A stretch of DNA of 64,000 nucleotides, taken from contig CAVYXJ010000013.1 in NCBI GenBank assembly GCA_963772455.1, positions 96,001 through 160,000 on the forward strand, written 5' to 3'. This document shows, piece after piece, positions 41,310-51,377 of the stretch. Below the pieces are notes generated by a model. It saw nothing but the letters and a program-made list of their open reading frames with translations. It did not search any database and was not told where the DNA came from. The DNA comes from Candidatus Bathyarchaeota archaeon. GTDB lineage: Archaea; Thermoproteota; Bathyarchaeia; Bathyarchaeales; Bathycorpusculaceae. Every line of letters begins with the position of its first letter. Positions within the stretch are counted from its first letter, which is position 1. The position numbers and the translations under genes are program-made.

Positions 41310-42368
41310 TTATTTTTCTTTTTTTGTTTCTTCATGCTCAATGCCCGATTCAGGGTTGGGCGTTTTAAAGGCGCGGTTCACTGTCATTTCAGCCATGCTA
41401 AATGCGCAATGACAGATTCTTTTTATGTCATCACGGGTTGAGCATATGCCGCACACTAAGTCAGAGCTTTTTGGGGGACCAGTGAAGGATTTTGTGGCTA
41501 TTTCTACTTCGGCTTTGTCCATTTTTTGGCGGTACTTCATTATTTCAACTGCGGCGTCTATGTCTTTGGCGAAGAAGGCGGCGATTCCTTTATTGAAAAG
41601 ATCCAGGACTTCTCTTCCTGTAGTAATCATAATCGCCAACACATTGTCGGGAATCTTTTGTTTTGCGCCGTTTAGCATAATGATGTGGCGGGAGATGTCG
41701 GCTGCATAGTCAGCTGCATATTCCATCCGGTAAACTAGAATTTGATGATCCATACAATCGAGCGGATCAACATGTAACTCTTTGGCCAGAGTCGGATTTT
41801 GGGCTGCGTCGCGCAGGATTCGCAGGATGAAGAATGCAAAATGATCCACGTCTTCGTCGAGAGTCATGACCGACTTAGCCAGTTCTATATCTCCGGTTTG
41901 CAACGCGTTAATAGCGCTTTCAACCATCGACGAGGCGATGAGGTGCATACGTTGTACGGCCTGCTCTAGGGAAGCCTTCGACTCGTCCATGAGGCTTTGG
42001 ATGTAAACGCATTTTGAATCTGCTTCCATGACTCTCATGTAGAGCCTTCCAGCCATATGCCGAATTGCTTTCGTTTGATTTACTGTAAAAATTTTTCCTG
42101 AGGTAAGTATTATGCCTGAGTAGCCATTGAGGAAGGCACCCAAGATTTTCTGTTTTATGAGAAGGTCTTCTTCGTTTTGTCCTATGCTCAAAGTTATTTC
42201 TTTGGGCTCGGCTTTTTTGAAGGCTCCGGGGTAAATCACGAGTGAGCGGTCCCGTTGAATGGTGAATGAGACGGAGTCGCCTTTTTCCAAGTCGTTTAAT
42301 TGCATCCATTCTGGGGGAAGAGAAATAACTGAAGAGGATTTCCCTAAGGACATGATTTTTCGTTCCAT
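41310..42368 (-). CDS. AbrB/MazE-PhoU type regulator
   Basis: MERKIMSLGKSSSVISLPPEW AbrB domain followed by two PhoU repeats. Confidence 0.85.
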   Translation of the reverse strand: MERKIMSLGKSSSVISLPPEWMQLNDLEKGDSVSFTIQRDRSLVIYPGAFKKAEPKEITLSIGQNEEDLLIKQKILGAFLNGYSGIILTSGKIFTVNQTKAIRHMAGRLYMRVMEADSKCVYIQSLMDESKASLEQAVQRMHLIASSMVESAINALQTGDIELAKSVMTLDEDVDHFAFFILRILRDAAQNPTLAKELHVDPLDCMDHQILVYRMEYAADYAADISRHIIMLNGAKQKIPDNVLAIMITTGREVLDLFNKGIAAFFAKDIDAAVEIMKYRQKMDKAEVEIATKSFTGPPKSSDLVCGICSTRDDIKRICHCAFSMAEMTVNRAFKTPNPESGIEHEETKKEK

Positions 42369-42522
42369 ATGTTTTCCCTGCTTGGCAGTATTAACAGTAC
42401 ATACTCTATTTACTAAATATATATTATACTTGTGAAACCTGTTTGTCAAAGGTATCTTTAACAACTGTTTTTCAGCAAATCAATTGCAAGAAAATGCCAG
42501 TACCGACTTTCCTCTTAAGGAT

Positions 42523-43542
42523 TTATACCTCGATAACCTTCGCGTTACTAAGCACGTTAACGTTACCATTGCCCTTTGTGATGTAGCCAACTTCGAAATG
42601 CCTGACTTTCCGCTTGTCCAATTCGCTCAATAAATCATCGGCGTCCTCTTTGGCTATGGCTATTAGCATTCCACCTGCCGTTTCCTTAGCTTCACCTTGC
42701 AACAAGGGGTAACCAAAAATTTCAGTTAAAACGGGCGTGCCACGAATTACCGCCAACTGGTCAATAACGACGTCCACTTTCCCAAGTCCTGCCATATTGG
42801 CAGCGTGCCCTTTCAACCCAAAACCAGTCACGTCTGTCGCGGCGTGAACGGGAACTTTCTGCATAGCTTCAGCGACCGGTTTGTTTGAGGTAATCATTAC
42901 TTCAATAGCTTCAGCGACAGCCTCTTCAATTAACACTTCAGAAACTTCTTTTAGTACTTCTCTGCCCTCTTCTTCCTTACGCAAACGATAAGCAGCCATC
43001 GCAGGCGCAATCCCAAGAGGTTTAGTCAAAAACAAACGGTCACCAACCTGAGCCCCTTTTGTATAGACAATTTTCTCAATTTCGCTAACAGCAGTTGCCG
43101 CCCCTCCAATAATAGGCCAGGGATTCCTGATTGTATGTCCACCAACAACAGGTGCACCCATTTCGCGGCAGAAATCTCCAAACCCCTTTAGCATTCCTAC
43201 TGCCAATTCGTCTGGCATGTTTTCGGGAAACGCCATAATAGACAGAACACTGACAATGTTTGTGACTGCCAAAGCGTAGATGTCACTTGTCACGTTGCTA
43301 CCTGCGATTCTACCTTGGATTTCAGGTTCGTCAACCATGGGCGTGAAAAAATCAAGCGTATTTAGTACGGCAAGGTTGTCTGTGATTTTAACGACGCTGG
43401 AGTTTTCCCATGGACCAGCCAATACATCTGAATTAAAACTCTCTGTTAAACCTGCGTTATCGAGCAATCCGCCGAGTTGATACTGTGGAAGTTTGCAACT
43501 GCAACCGTGAACTGGAACAACTTTTGTTAATCTGTAAGTCAA
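42523..43542 (-). CDS. selD: Selenide, water dikinase (selenophosphate synthetase), Cys form
   Basis: GCSCK, TLDFFTPMVD, SDIYA, GGHT, LTKPLG, ATDVTGFGLKGH, ETAGGMLI. Confidence 0.92.
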   Translation of the reverse strand: MTYRLTKVVPVHGCSCKLPQYQLGGLLDNAGLTESFNSDVLAGPWENSSVVKITDNLAVLNTLDFFTPMVDEPEIQGRIAGSNVTSDIYALAVTNIVSVLSIMAFPENMPDELAVGMLKGFGDFCREMGAPVVGGHTIRNPWPIIGGAATAVSEIEKIVYTKGAQVGDRLFLTKPLGIAPAMAAYRLRKEEEGREVLKEVSEVLIEEAVAEAIEVMITSNKPVAEAMQKVPVHAATDVTGFGLKGHAANMAGLGKVDVVIDQLAVIRGTPVLTEIFGYPLLQGEAKETAGGMLIAIAKEDADDLLSELDKRKVRHFEVGYITKGNGNVNVLSNAKVIEV

Positions 43543-43641
43543 ATTTCATTTGCTCCAATTGTCGATATTATTCCAAATAGCACAGGGATTTATAGGTATA
43601 AAAATATTCAAACCAAAAAAAATGGAAAAGAAGAGTTTTGG

Positions 43642-44932
43642 TTACTTTCTTTTTTCTTGGATTATTTCAAGGAATGCTTCAATTCTGGTTTTTATCTGCT
43701 CGGAATCACCCATTGCATAGTCAGTTTCAATCTTTAGCATCGGCAAACTTATCGCCTTTAATGCACGGTCTACTTTGACGCCTTCAACGTTGTAGTCGTG
43801 GCAGTTCTGCAACGTGTAATAGATTACGCCTTCTGCTTTGAATTGCTTAGCCAGCTCTATTACACTTTTTATGCGTGCATCGTTGGGTGTGAAGCATGCA
43901 CAGGGTATCTGGCTGTATTTTTCAACCATAGCCCAGAGCAAATCGTTTAAGCTGTCACCTTTCGGTTCAACCAAGTTAGTAAAGTAACGTGTGCCTACGC
44001 AACTCTCCTCAACAATCACTGAAGCACCAGCCGCTTGAGCGATGCTGTGGACTTTCCAATTGGGAATCGCCATAGGGCAGCCAGAAATCATAACTCTTGG
44101 CGCATCTTTCGCTGTGACACCTATGCCTTTGTGTACCCGTTCGTCAAGTTCGTCGCAGAGTTCGTTGACTTTTGTGGTGAAGCGTTTTACGTCGTCGTTG
44201 AAGCTGATTTGGAAAATCAGTAACGCATCTAATCCGCTGATGGGCGATGGGTTGTTGGCGCGCAAGTCGGATAAACGTTTGAGGGCTTTTCGTTTGTTGT
44301 TGATTAATTCGATGGATTCTTTTAGTTTTTCGGCGGTTATTTTGTTGCCTGTAACTTCTTCAAGTTTGGTTTTGAATGCTTCAAGTTCTTTGTACCAGAA
44401 TTCTTTGCCTTGTCGTGTATCTGGTTTATGAGGAACCTCTAAAACATAGGTTGGAATAAGTTCGTTTAGTAGTTCGTAAACTTTCTTTTTGCCATCGCAG
44501 GTTGTTTCTCCAACCACAAGGTCGCTTGACTGAAAGTAGGGGCAAGTTTTGTTTAGTCTAAAGCCGTAGAACGATTTTATCAAGGGGCAGAGGTTTCTTG
44601 GCAAAATTGCTTCTGCGTCTGGAACTGAGAAGTCTGCTCCACCGCACAACCCAACCATGGTTGCGTCTGCCGCGTAAGCTAGTCTCTTCTGGCGCGTAAA
44701 TGCAGAATGCACCAATGACTTTTTTGCCTTTTGCTCTGAGGTCGTTGAGTTCTTTGATTCGTAACCCGTGGATTTCTGAGACGACAAAGTCGAAGTAACC
44801 CATTCCTTTAGGTCGGTTCTTCTGTGTTAGGTATAAGGCTCCGTAGTATTGTCCTAAGATGCCAAGGAGTTGGTTATGTTTTTCAATATCCATTCCGAGA
44901 GATTTCCACATTTCTACATATTTTTCTGCCAT
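43642..44932 (-). CDS. Double-cubane-cluster reductase / 2-hydroxyacyl-CoA dehydratase D family (apparent +1 frameshift near 44683)
   Basis: YFDFVVSEIHGLRIKEL, GAFCIYAPEE, GLCGG, NLCPLIKS, CPYF, ETTCDGKKK, GCP, EESC, PCAC, IETDY, TRIEAFLE. Confidence 0.85.
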
Positions 44933-44958
44933 AGCAATCACATGCCAATGATGAGCGT

Positions 44959-45011
44959 ATTGAAAATTCTAATTATTAAAATTATTGATAAATATTATTA
45001 GAAATATTGAT
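44959..45011. promoter_or_regulatory. Three 15-bp ATT-N9-(A/G)AT boxes, candidate LysR sites
   Basis: ATTGAAAATTCTAAT, ATTAAAATTATTGAT, ATTAGAAATATTGAT, each containing T-N11-A. Confidence 0.4.
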
Positions 45012-45016
45012 TGAGG

Positions 45017-45251
45017 CTAGCGTTTTTTAACTAAAACCTTAAACTCAGCGGCAGACTTCGAATGCTTCAACCACTTCATGACCATTATTCTTAACCCAAC
45101 GCTGAATGTTATCAAACTCCAACTCACCCTCACCAACAACCTCCAACAACTGTCCAGCAACCATCGTCTCAAGCTTACGCTTCGTAAACACCACTGGCAT
45201 GGGACACATTTTGCCCTTAACATCCAACTTTTCAATTTCCAAAAACGTCAC
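45017..45251 (-). CDS. tusA: TusA/SirA sulfur (selenium) carrier protein (apparent +1 frameshift near 45062)
   Basis: LDVKGKMCPMPVV motif; C-terminus FKVLVKKR* in the shifted frame. Confidence 0.85.
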
Positions 45252-45601
45252 TAGAACACTATTACTTTGTCACTATTAACTGTCCATTCAACGAGTTCAT
45301 GAACAGTCGCGATTTTTACCCCGTCGAAGAGGTCGGCTTGATTTAAGCCACGTGCTTCAACGCAGACCACGCAGGCTTTAACTTCGACACCGCCTTGAAT
45401 GAGATTTTCAAGATTTTGGCCGTAGTTGATTAAGCCTTGAGCGGGTTTTTGACCTTTTTTTGCGAGGTAGACACCGTTTTCGAACAGCCAGATTTTTACT
45501 TTGTGGCCTTCTATGTCGCAGGTTGCGGCGAATCGTAGAGCTGACATTGCGCGTTCTTTTGCGTATGGGGCTTCGTTTATTATTATTGTGAAGGTGACCA
45601 T
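45251..45601 (-). CDS. DsrE/TusD-like sulfur relay protein
   Basis: EAPYAKE, FENGVY, ACVVCVEARG, WTVNSDKVIVF. Confidence 0.87.
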   Translation of the reverse strand: MVTFTIIINEAPYAKERAMSALRFAATCDIEGHKVKIWLFENGVYLAKKGQKPAQGLINYGQNLENLIQGGVEVKACVVCVEARGLNQADLFDGVKIATVHELVEWTVNSDKVIVF

Positions 45602-45721
45602 ATCATCCAACCTTAATTTTCCTGATAGAGAATTATTAAAAAAACTAATATAAGCATTTTCTAAAACAAAAAGCAAATATCACAACAACCTCTAAGAAGC
45701 TTACACAGAGGCACAAAATTC

Positions 45722-46656
45722 GTGGACACCATAAGGTTCGATTACCTCAACACCTTCCTCACAGTTGCCAGAACACGCAGCTTCTCAGTGGCAGCTAAAG
45801 AACTTAAAACCAGCCAAGGCACAGTAAGCCACCATGTAGCCGCATTAGAAGAGTATTTTGACGCTGAACTCTTCAAACGCACAGCAAATGGCGTAGAAGT
45901 TACCGAAGCCGGAGCCACCCTAAAAGAAACCGCGGAAAAAATACTTCAGCAAGCCCAAGATGCAAAAACCAAAATCTCCATGGCAAAACATAATTTGTCA
46001 GGTACTATAAGAATTGCTGCAAGCACCATCCCAGAAGAACATATAATCCCAAGTTTAACCGCTGAATTCCAAAAAAAATATCCAGACGTAAAATTCAGGA
46101 TAAAAGCAGAAGATAGCCTAAACAGCCTAAGAAGCCTACAAGCTAACGACGCTGATTTTGCGGCTGTGGGTACAATTTGGGGTTTTGAAGAAAAATTCAG
46201 TTATCTCCAGATTGGTGAAGAGCAATTGGTTCTCATTGTGCCTTGTAACCACCAGTTAGCCAAACATAAAATTGTCAATCTAAACACGATCTTAACTTTC
46301 CCATTCGTAAGTCGTGAAGAAACTTCTGGAACAAGACTGGAAATCGAGCAGTTTACTGGAACAAAACAATCTCCATTCCCAGCAGTTGCGGGTGACGTTG
46401 GAGCTTGGAAGCACAGAATCAGTAATAACAGCTGTTTCAGAAGGCAGAGGCATAAGCATAATCTCCTCAATCGCCGCAACAAAAGCCCAAGCAGCAGGTT
46501 TGGCTGAAAATAGTTGCAATTGAAGAAGCAAAAAACTGTCGAAAACTCTACATCGTCAGACCAAAAAAGTCTCTTCTAAAGACATCTGAGGCTTTCTGGG
46601 AATTCTGCAAAAAATACAAATTCAAAAACGAAGCAATTACCTGCTCTTCAACTTAA
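45722..46656 (+). CDS. LysR family regulator, selenium-metabolism-associated / HrsM-like (two apparent +1 frameshifts near 46352 and 46502)
   Basis: SFSVAAKELKTSQGTVSHHVAALE HTH; AASTIPEEHIIP, REETSGTR, LGSTESV. Confidence 0.85.
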
Positions 46657-46663
46657 AACTATT

Positions 46664-46987
46664 TTACTCTTCGTCAAGTTTAACCCAGATTTTTCCCGAT
46701 TCAACCTTCCACTTAAACATGACTAGCTTCATTGACGGTGCGTCTTCGTACTCTCCAGTTTCCAAGCTGAAGCGCCAATCATGGCAAGGACAAATAATTA
46801 CCAATCCATCAAGAGATCCGCCTAAAAAGCCACATGCCATATGGGGACAACGGTTATCGATAACAAAAATTTTTCCTTGTTGCTTAATGAACAAAAGTGG
46901 TATACCCTCAAAAGGTACAAGCTTCATTTTACCTTCTTCCAATTCATTTTCATCTAAAACAGGTACAAATTCTTCTTGATTATCCAT
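46664..46987 (-). CDS. Rieske [2Fe-2S] ferredoxin
   Basis: CPH...CPCHDWRF. Confidence 0.9.
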   Translation of the reverse strand: MDNQEEFVPVLDENELEEGKMKLVPFEGIPLLFIKQQGKIFVIDNRCPHMACGFLGGSLDGLVIICPCHDWRFSLETGEYEDAPSMKLVMFKWKVESGKIWVKLDEE

Positions 46988-47193
46988 TTCTATTTTCTCC
47001 TAAACGATGCCTAATTTCCAATATGTATTTGGCGTTGGTATTATTTTAGGAGAACTGCTAAGTTACTGATAATTGGAAAGCAAGAATATAGCTCTCCAAC
47101 AACCACAACAACCAAACAAAAATAGCTAAACTCAAAAACCAAAAAATATACATAAACAAACTTAATTGGTTGAACACTCTACATTTTAAAACA

Positions 47194-48035
47194 ATGTTCC
47201 AAATCAAATTAATGCGCCCTAAAGATTTCGTTTTTGCTGCAGAATTAGCGAATACTATGAATTGGAATATGGCAATCGAAGATTTTCAATTCTTGACTTA
47301 TCTTGAACCAGGCGGCTGTTTTGTCCTTTTTGATGATTCGCAACCCATTGGCATTGCCACATGCAATAGTTATGGCAAAGTCGGTTGGTTTGGGAATCTC
47401 ATAGTCAAAGAAGAATATCGAAGCAAAGGCGCTGGAAGCCAACTTGTGAAACACGCAATCGACTATTTACATGGCAAAGGTGTTGAAACCATCGGATTAT
47501 ACGCTTACCCAAACCTCGTTCAATTCTACAGTAACTTGGGCTTTCGATATGATGAAGATTTTTCTGTACTACATGCACCAGCTCTCAAAGTCAATGTCCG
47601 CTGAAGCTCTGTCCAGCGATAGGAGCTAAAAATATCCAGCAAATAGCGCGGTTTGACTGTAGATGCTTCGGTGGTGATAGAAGAAAACTTCTTGAATCAA
47701 TCATCCTTGAACAAGGCAACTTGAGCTATTACGTTTCTAAGGATGCCGAGATAACTGGATACGTGGCCGCTACAGTTTACGGGACAATGGCTTGGGTTGG
47801 ACCCTTGGTGTGCCAAGAAGGCAGCGTTGACGCCGTTATTACGCTGATTAAAGCGGTTCTAAGCAAGTTAACTGGTTTGAGTGTTTACGTAGCATTGCCT
47901 AAAAAAGAGATTACTATCATATCCACTCTTTCTTTGGCAGGCTTTAAAGAAGATTTTTCTGTTGCAAGAATGTTTTTAGGACCAAGTATCGCAAAAAATT
48001 GTATATACTTGGCTGAATCTCTAGAACGAGGATAA
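47194..48035 (+). CDS. Tandem GNAT acetyltransferase (two apparent +1 frameshifts near 47589 and 47612)
   Basis: VKEEYRSKGAG, FYSNLGF; second half FGGDRRKLL...VGPLVC. Confidence 0.75.
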
Positions 48036-48037
48036 TT

Positions 48038-49399
48038 ATGGAAGATTATTGCAGACTTTTACTTGAGGATTTTTTGAAAACTTCCTTTCCAACCGTCAAG
48101 GTTCTAGTTGATGGCGCCATTGCCTCAAAGGGACAGAATAGCAATCGGAAAGTTACTTTGTTTCGATATGTTAATGGAAAAAAAATTTCATTTACTTTCT
48201 CAGATAGCCGATTCTATTTACGAGGTTCAGTTGAATATACTAACCCGCAATTAACGGTGGAGGAAGTTCAAGGAATTATAGGAACACGACTGCTTGAAAC
48301 CTGCGCTAATTACTTCTACGAACACGGTTTGCGTGAGCCAAATGACAGTGACATAGTTACTCTTTCAGAGTTGCTTAAGAAACCAACGCAAGGATTCATC
48401 GTACCTTTTCTACTAAACACTGATGATGTAGAAGCTGACCGATACTCGATGAATCCACTCAAACAATCAATCGTTGACAGCGGGCAGAGTGCTTTTCCAG
48501 CGGCAAATGTTAAAACAAGCGAACTAAAAATTGACGAAGCTTACTGTAAAAAGTACGATGGAAGCTTAATTTCCCAAAAAGAAGCAGAGCTAATCAAAGA
48601 AAGCCTGACAGAAAGTAATGGTTCGTACCTTGACTTAGTAGATTCCGTCAAATATAGTCAACTGAAAGATTTGTCAGTATTCTTCGGAATGGATCTCTCA
48701 CTTTTCACTTTGCGAATGCCGATATCACCTCTGAAAACAGAAACTAAAGATGGATTGTTACATTACATAATCAAAGAAAGCAATCACGACTACTCGTCTA
48801 TAGAAGAGGCATACACGTGTATGGGTCGCAGTTTAAAAAACCGCACAACTCTTCTGACGATACCGCATTCTCCTAAAGGATTCGGTTCCAAACGTGCAGC
48901 TCGCGGAAAATTACACTTTGAAAACGGCAGATTACTTGATGCAACCATAAAATACAAAACTACTCAACTCTACCCAAACGCCATGGATCCTCAAGACATA
49001 GCAGTTGCAGTATGTGAAGACAGCTTCTCAGTACCCGGTGAAAAACTTTCAGATTACAGTTATTCTGAAACACCTTCTTCACCACAGTTCTTCTTGTATT
49101 CGATAGGTTCCCCCGAGGATGCAACATTATGGCATGGAATTGGTGCATTTGCTGCTCCTCAATTACTTCAGAGTTATCGCTCTGGACGAATAGCCTGCAG
49201 AGAAGGAAAATTAATTAAAAATTTGACTGAAAAATACAATATCAAAATAGATGTTCCCCTACAATTTAACCTTGCACCCGAAGGCATATGGAGCCATCCA
49301 ATACACCGCAACATTGACGCAAGCATTGGCAGCGTACAAGACCTTCCAGATTTGGCGCATCGAGGAATGAGACTTGAATATCTTCCAACGTTTAAGTAG
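48038..49399 (+). CDS. Hypothetical protein (453 aa)
   Basis: Long ORF starting 2 bp after the GNAT stop; no family recognised. Confidence 0.7.
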   Translation: MEDYCRLLLEDFLKTSFPTVKVLVDGAIASKGQNSNRKVTLFRYVNGKKISFTFSDSRFYLRGSVEYTNPQLTVEEVQGIIGTRLLETCANYFYEHGLREPNDSDIVTLSELLKKPTQGFIVPFLLNTDDVEADRYSMNPLKQSIVDSGQSAFPAANVKTSELKIDEAYCKKYDGSLISQKEAELIKESLTESNGSYLDLVDSVKYSQLKDLSVFFGMDLSLFTLRMPISPLKTETKDGLLHYIIKESNHDYSSIEEAYTCMGRSLKNRTTLLTIPHSPKGFGSKRAARGKLHFENGRLLDATIKYKTTQLYPNAMDPQDIAVAVCEDSFSVPGEKLSDYSYSETPSSPQFFLYSIGSPEDATLWHGIGAFAAPQLLQSYRSGRIACREGKLIKNLTEKYNIKIDVPLQFNLAPEGIWSHPIHRNIDASIGSVQDLPDLAHRGMRLEYLPTFK

Positions 49400-49414
49400 G
49401 AGCAGATTTGCAAT

Positions 49415-49942
49415 TTGACAGCAATAGAATATGCTTTTTTTAAAATCTTGCGGTTGTTTAGAAAACTCCCTTTTAACATAATAAGTATAGGAAGCCGTAA
49501 AGTAATTTTTTCTGAGTACTTCAAAGATTTTGAAAATGTTGAGGCGGTAAAGGGCATTTTTGGAGATAAGACTCATGAAGTTTTAAGTCATCTTACAGTC
49601 GAGATTAGTTGGATTATGGGTTACATGTTCGTAGATGGTTCAGACGGGCATTTGGTTATAAGCAAAGGTTATCTTAACGAGGGTGACAAAACCGACATTT
49701 ACCTTGATTTAATTCATGAATTGTGCCATGTTAAACAGTTTATGGAAGGGCGTGAACTTTTCGACCCACGCTATGATTATGTGGAACGCCCAACGGAAAT
49801 TGAAGCTTACCGCTACTGTATTCAAGAAGCAAGAAGAATCGGACTTAGCGAAGAGAGAATTTGTTGCTATCTGAAGACTGAATGGATGAATGACCCCGAT
49901 TTCAAACGGTTGGCAAAATCTGTAGGCGTCTCATGTTTTTAA
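49415..49942 (+). CDS. Putative zincin metalloprotease-like protein
   Basis: LIHELCHVKQ (HExxH) and PTEIEAY. Confidence 0.65.
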   Translation: MTAIEYAFFKILRLFRKLPFNIISIGSRKVIFSEYFKDFENVEAVKGIFGDKTHEVLSHLTVEISWIMGYMFVDGSDGHLVISKGYLNEGDKTDIYLDLIHELCHVKQFMEGRELFDPRYDYVERPTEIEAYRYCIQEARRIGLSEERICCYLKTEWMNDPDFKRLAKSVGVSCF

Positions 49943-51118
49943 TGCTTCAAGATAAACTTTGAGCATTTTTTGACTGCAGATCTCCCAAGTAAAGTTTTTG
50001 GAGACGAACAATTGTCCATTAGAACCCATTTTTTCTCTAAGCGCCTTATCGGTGAGAAGTTTTAGTAAAGCATCTGCCAATTCATCAGTGTTTCCCTGAT
50101 TAACAAGTAAACCTGTTTCTTTATTCAGCACGGTTTCATTGACTCCGCCAATATCAAAAGCAACCACGGGTTTAGCTGAAGCCTGTGCTTCCAGAAGAAC
50201 AATTCCTTGTCCCTCCTGAATAGATGGCAAAACAAAAACATCTGCGCAATTGTAAACTTTTGGGAGCATGTCGTCTTTGAGGTTACCTATGAACCTGAAA
50301 TTACCTGAAATGTTGGCGGATTTTACTGAATCATTCAATTGGTTTTTTAGTGGTCCTTCTCCAACAATCAAAAACTTTGTGTCAGATTGGACTTTGACTA
50401 CTTTTTTAGCTGCTTCAACCAGAAAAGGGAGACCCTTCCGCGGAATCAGACTACCCACGAATAATACGCATGGTTCATTGCCTAAACCAAATTGTTGCCT
50501 TACCGTTTTATTATCCATAGGCTTGAATTTTTCTATGTCAACACCGTTTGGAACAATCCGAACCTTACTCTGCTCAATCCCATAATATTTCTGAATTTTT
50601 TCAAGGGAATAAGTGCTGATTGTAACAACTATTGTAGCGTCTTTGGCTGTTTCCTCTTCCAGTTTTGAGAGCTTTTCCATAAAATAGTTTGCAGCCCAGC
50701 CTCTAATCGAAGGATAGCCGTTTTTCTTTGCTTGCTCATATTCATCGGCCAGAACGCCATGAATTGTATGGATGAATGGCTTCTTTATTCTCTGTTTCTT
50801 AAGTGATTTAGGAAATCCATATCCACTTACAGCGTGAGCTTCGTAGACATCCGCATTGATTGCGTTGGCTTTCTTGTTGAGGCTTCGGTTGAAAAACCAA
50901 TTATCTACAGGGAAAAGAATATCTGTAGAATAACAAGGAACAAATTTCACTCCATTCATGCTGGTGGGATTTTTAAAACTAGCTTTAGTACCGCTATAAA
51001 CCGTAATATCTGATTGGTTTTGTATCCGCTTGGTAGTTTCCATTATGCGTCGCTCAACACCCCCAAAATACAGATGAGGTGGTTGGGTATTGAAGACGGC
51101 TAGCGAAAACTTCTCCAT
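49931..51118 (-). CDS. Glycosyltransferase family 4
   Basis: GGVE, HTIHG, VPNGVD, EGQGIVLLEAQA. Confidence 0.92.
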   Translation of the reverse strand: MEKFSLAVFNTQPPHLYFGGVERRIMETTKRIQNQSDITVYSGTKASFKNPTSMNGVKFVPCYSTDILFPVDNWFFNRSLNKKANAINADVYEAHAVSGYGFPKSLKKQRIKKPFIHTIHGVLADEYEQAKKNGYPSIRGWAANYFMEKLSKLEEETAKDATIVVTISTYSLEKIQKYYGIEQSKVRIVPNGVDIEKFKPMDNKTVRQQFGLGNEPCVLFVGSLIPRKGLPFLVEAAKKVVKVQSDTKFLIVGEGPLKNQLNDSVKSANISGNFRFIGNLKDDMLPKVYNCADVFVLPSIQEGQGIVLLEAQASAKPVVAFDIGGVNETVLNKETGLLVNQGNTDELADALLKLLTDKALREKMGSNGQLFVSKNFTWEICSQKMLKVYLEALKT

Positions 51119-51377
51119 GCGTTACATCTCGATTTACTGATAAGTGTGGTTTCAGATATAAGTTAACAGGATTTCTGCAGCCACAAATAAAAATTTAGTT
51201 TTAGTGTTACTTGGCAGAATTATTTGGTGATAGGTTTCAATAATTTCCATTAAATAAGCCCCCATTATTAAACTAAAAATTTCTAAAGTTTAAGCTAAAT
51301 AAGAAAGTATTAGAAAAACAGTTATTTTTACAAGTTAAGTTAAATTAAAGTTCAGCATTAAAGTCAAGCGATGACTA

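Noticed and set aside
43480-43542. Possible Sec (UGA) at the SelD active site
   Set aside because: Codons read GGT TGC AGT TGC AAA; both positions are Cys.
45045-45065. TGA after Cys-Arg in tusA as a possible Sec readthrough
   Set aside because: It arises from a +1 insertion; the shifted frame gives the normal TusA C-terminus.
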